Shown piece by piece: positions 58,451 to 64,000 of a stretch of DNA of 64,000 nucleotides. Under the pieces are notes generated by a model. It ran no database searches and was not told the DNA's origin. It worked only from the letters and a program-made list of their open reading frames with translations. A program made the position numbers and the translations under genes. Each line of letters opens with the position of its first letter. Position 1 is the stretch's first letter. This DNA is from the human T2T-CHM13v2.0 reference genome, Homo sapiens, in NCBI RefSeq assembly GCF_009914755.1, contig NC_060929.1; one strand, written 5' to 3'.

Positions 58451-59877
58451 TAATACAGATGCAAAGTAAAAATATTAATTCTCTCTCTACTGATAATCGC
58501 TCTAAAGTATGGAAAAAGAGAGCTGGATGGCCTTAGAGAGTGAAGACTGAAAAAAAAGTCTCTTTCATGGGAGGATATATTAGGAAAGAGATTTGCATGT
58601 GGATGTTACATTCTCCCCATTCTTTAAAGTATTTGGTAAGCTTCCAGTTCTCTGGGAAATTCTGAGTAAAAGACAAGTAGAAAACAAGATGTGATTGCTG
58701 CATTCTGAGACTTCTTTACATAATCAGAAGTTAGTGAAGGGAATAAAAGAACATGCCAATGAAAGTTCAATGATCAGTATTGAAAACGACCCTACTCTTT
58801 CCCTGGAAGTTCATGCATTTGTTCAAAAGCATAAAATAAGTATTTGAAATTTGTAAGTCCTAATAAAATATTTAAAGTTCAGTAAAAACCCAAAAAGAGT
58901 ATTTTTATTGTGAGAAATTATCAGATTTATAGTGACAAGCATTAATAAATGTACTTTTACAATGCTGTCCTTCTGTCAATATTTTTATTGTTCACTTTTG
59001 AAAGAGTAAGAGCATAGTCGGGGTGAGAAAAATGCTTGGAATGTTAGTTCAAAATTTCCTATTAATCTAAAGATAATTGGAAATTAAATTCAATCTAACA
59101 ATTATTGAAGCAAAATGCAGTTATTCTGTTTAACTTAACAGGTGGAAATGCCCACATTTTTATTTTCTTTGGCAAGTGACATTTTTGTGTAAAACTTAAA
59201 TCAGTGCTTAATATTATACAGTATTTTAATGTTTCTATACAACATGCTATTATACAAATGCAATAATTGTGATTATAAAATACTGGTCTAAAACTGTGTC
59301 ATTTGGTGTATTGAAGCAGTAATGTGTTGGTTGAATATAGCCACTCAGGGCCACAGTTCTATATTCAAATAACTACTCTGCAACGTACTAGCCTTGAATT
59401 ATTTCCTTAATTTTTTTACATTTTATTATATATTAAATAGGATTTATTAAAAATATAAAGAATAATATAATAAATGCCTATGTGCTTAAGAAAAGCTTTT
59501 AAAAATAGCATTGATTCAATTGAAGTTCCTGTTTACTCTTGAATTTAGTGTTTATTATTCCCATGAATGTCTTTGTATTCTTATACGATATGTATGTTTC
59601 CCTAAGCAACTGAGAAATGGTATCATTCTATATACAGTCTTTTGCAACGTTTTTTTTTTTGCTCAACATTATCCTTGTGAAATTTGTCTGTATTGATACA
59701 AGCTACTTCATATAATTCTACATCATTTATTGTCACTGTTCTGTGGATTTAAATTGTATGAATAGTGCCACAGTTACATATCCATTCTCTGGTTAGATTC
59801 TGCTCTTATAAATAACACTTCTATGCACATTCTCGTGTATGTCTTTTTGCATCCATGTATCTTAGAGTAGACTAGAT

Positions 59878-60029
59878 TAGCATGTTTCAAATAAATTACA
59901 TGGGGATCTTGTTTGAAATGCAGATTTCCACATAGTAAGTCTGGGGTGCAACCCAAGACCCTGCATCTCTACTAAGCTCCCAGATGACACTGATATTGCT
60001 GCTTTATAGACTATATTTAGAGTAGCAAG
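59878..60029. mobile_element. MER5A-like hAT element
   Basis: GGGGATCTTGTTTGAAATGCAGATT...CTGCATCTCTACTAAGCTCCCAGATGA...GAGTAGCAAGG. Confidence 0.7.
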
Positions 60030-60139
60030 GATCTAAATATACCAAGTGGAATATCGAGTCCTAAGGTATGACCAAATTCTGCTTGACTAGATAAAACCTA
60101 ATTCTTCTCCAAACTGGTTATATAAAATTTCATAACCAC

Positions 60140-60623
60140 TGCTGTGGGTTGAATTGTGTCCCCCAGGAGGATAAAGGATTCACGTTGTCTGTGAATATGA
60201 CCTTATTTAGAAATAGGGTCTTGGCAGATGTAGCCAAGTTAAGATGAAGTCATACTGGATCAGTGGGTGTTCTAATCCAATGGTTGGTGTCCTTATAAAA
60301 TGATGGAAATTTGAACATAGAGAAGAAATACCATGTGAAGACACAGAGACACACAGACACAAAAGAAGGAATGCCATGTGAAAACAGAGGCAAAGATTAG
60401 AGTTATGCTACCACAAGCCAACGAAGACCAGGGACTGTTGGCAACCACCAGAACCTAGGACAGGTGCATACGGCGGATTCTCCCTTAGAGTTGTCAGTTT
60501 GGGCTGTAACACTTTCGTGTCAGATTTACAACTTCCAGAAATGTAAAACAATGCATTCCTGTTGATTTAAGCCATCTGGTTTGTGGTGCTTCCTTGTGTT
60601 CCTAGCCCTTGGAAACTAATACA
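60140..60623 (+). mobile_element. MLT1C-like MaLR solo LTR
   Basis: TGCTGTGGGTTGAATTGTGTCCCC...GACCTTATTTAGAAATAGGGTC...GGAAACTAATACA; TSD ACCAC/ACCAT. Confidence 0.85.
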
Positions 60624-61196
60624 ACCATTAAAAAATGGTTTACATTCCCATTGCTTCATCAGGGTTGACTGTTTTTTCATGTTTCTTCACAGTGGACTAT
60701 CATATATTCTAATATATGATCATATATTTTGATCACATATTTTGCTTATTTTTAAATTGGTTCTTTTGTTGTTTGTTGTTTTGTTTGTCTTAACTTACTG
60801 AAGTCCATTATCTATTATGGATATTAACAACTTCTCCCTGTAGTTCTGTCTATATTTGTTTAACATACTTTGAGGACATGATAGTAGGTACATACAATGT
60901 TAGAACTAGTCTATCACCCTGCTGCTTTAAATAGTTATCCTCTTTATCCCTAATAACATCTGTTGTCTTAAAGTCTACTTTGTCTATACTAATTATTTTT
61001 TGTTATTTTTTGCCTACTATATATTTTTCTATATTTTAAATTTTGTCTTTTCAGTATCTTCAAGTTTTAGGTTAATTTCTTATACAAATACAAATATGAT
61101 AGTTACTTTCTTTTCAAATCTGAAAATCTTAGTTTTTAACTGGTAAGTTTAGTTTTAATTTTATTATGACTATTCTTGTATTAGAAATTATTTTTA

Positions 61197-61278
61197 GGCC
61201 AGGCACGGTGACTCACACCTGTAATCCTAGCACTTTGGGAAGCCAAGGTGGGCAGATCCCTTGAGTCCAGGAGTTCAA
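61197..61278 (+). mobile_element. 3'-truncated Alu left-arm fragment
   Basis: GGCCAGGCACGGTG...CTTGAGTCCAGGAGTTCAA, then stops without an A-tail. Confidence 0.85.
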
Positions 61279-61872
61279 TAAATACTTTTAACCATGTTAT
61301 TTTATGTTAAAAAACATGAACATACTGTGTATTTGGTGCTTCTCTTATACTTACTCTTTCCTTCTATTCTACCCAATAAGTTTTAAAATTCATTTTCTTC
61401 CTCTATTGCATTATTATAGAAATTCTACACCCTATTTCTGGATTATCTTATAATTTTAACATACATAAACAAATTAAAGTATAAAGATTATTTATACTTT
61501 TCACTACTTTCAAGCTATACAAATGCCTTTAAATACTTTAACTCAGATCACCCCCATCTTCTAGGGTATTGTGAAATAATTAGTTACCTTGATTTTGACT
61601 TTTACTTCGTTAATTAAATATGATTATTTCATTATTTATTTCAGTATGAATATTTGCATTTACTTGCCCACATGTTTACTAATTTATTTGATTATCATTT
61701 CTTCTTGTAGCTCAGCTATTTCTTCTGAAATTATTTTCTTTCTGCCTTAAGAATATCCTTTGGAATTTCTTTTATAAGGGTCTGTTACAAATATTAATAA
61801 GTTCTATTTTTTATTGACTGACATTTTATTTCCCCCTCATTTAACTAACTACACAATTTTAGATTGATAGCT

Positions 61873-61914
61873 TGTGTGTGTGTGTGAGTGTATATATATA
61901 TATATTATATATAT
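61873..61914. repeat. (TG)n(TA)n microsatellite
   Basis: TGTGTGTGTGTGTGAGTGTATATATATATATATTATATATAT. Confidence 0.85.
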
Positions 61915-62187
61915 GCTTCTCAGAACTGGAAAATATTATATAAATATTATTCACTTTGTGTTGTCATTGATAAAAAATCAACTCTCAGTTGTCAGTTATG
62001 TATAAGAAATCTTCCTTTTACTCCAGCCGCATTTAATACCTTTTCTGGTATTTATTTTGTTCTGAAATTTCACCTTAATATGTCAAGATGTGGATTTTTT
62101 TTTCTTAGTTTTCCCGGGATTCATTTTACTTGTTGAAACTGAGGATTTACACTTTTCATAAATACTGATTCACTCATTCGCAATTAA

Positions 62188-64000
<1,813 letters not shown>

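Overview
This is primate (almost certainly human) genomic DNA from the HTR1A locus (chr5q12.3, recalled from the gene identity). The only genuine protein-coding gene is the single-exon serotonin 5-HT1A receptor CDS (52586-53854, minus strand). Downstream of it lie a CpG-rich region and a probable long 3'UTR with two miR-135 seed matches. Upstream are a TATA-less GC/GA-rich promoter, the C(-1019)G palindrome (G allele here) and the RE1/NRSE plus dual repressor element (DRE) cluster. The remaining ~55 kb is AT-rich intergenic DNA full of transposable elements: L1, Alu, L2, MIR, MaLR/ERV LTRs, hAT MERs and a full-length Hsmar1. I found no new enzyme system, CRISPR array or RNA gene. The strongest second-look items are: (1) an L1PA2 with a twin-priming 5' inversion, a 16-bp TSD and a 20-bp 3' transduction between two poly(A) tails; (2) a 45-bp-arm AT-rich palindrome with nested template-switch copies; (3) a strong CTCF-like motif embedded in the HTR1A DRE; (4) two back-to-back strong-Kozak uORFs and a possible cryptic 5'UTR intron in HTR1A; (5) splice and polyA signals suggesting an antisense transcript spanning HTR1A; (6) a CpG-preserved 47-bp Alu stub next to rs6295. 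Repeat subfamily names come from recalled consensus sequences, and boundaries of old repeats are approximate.
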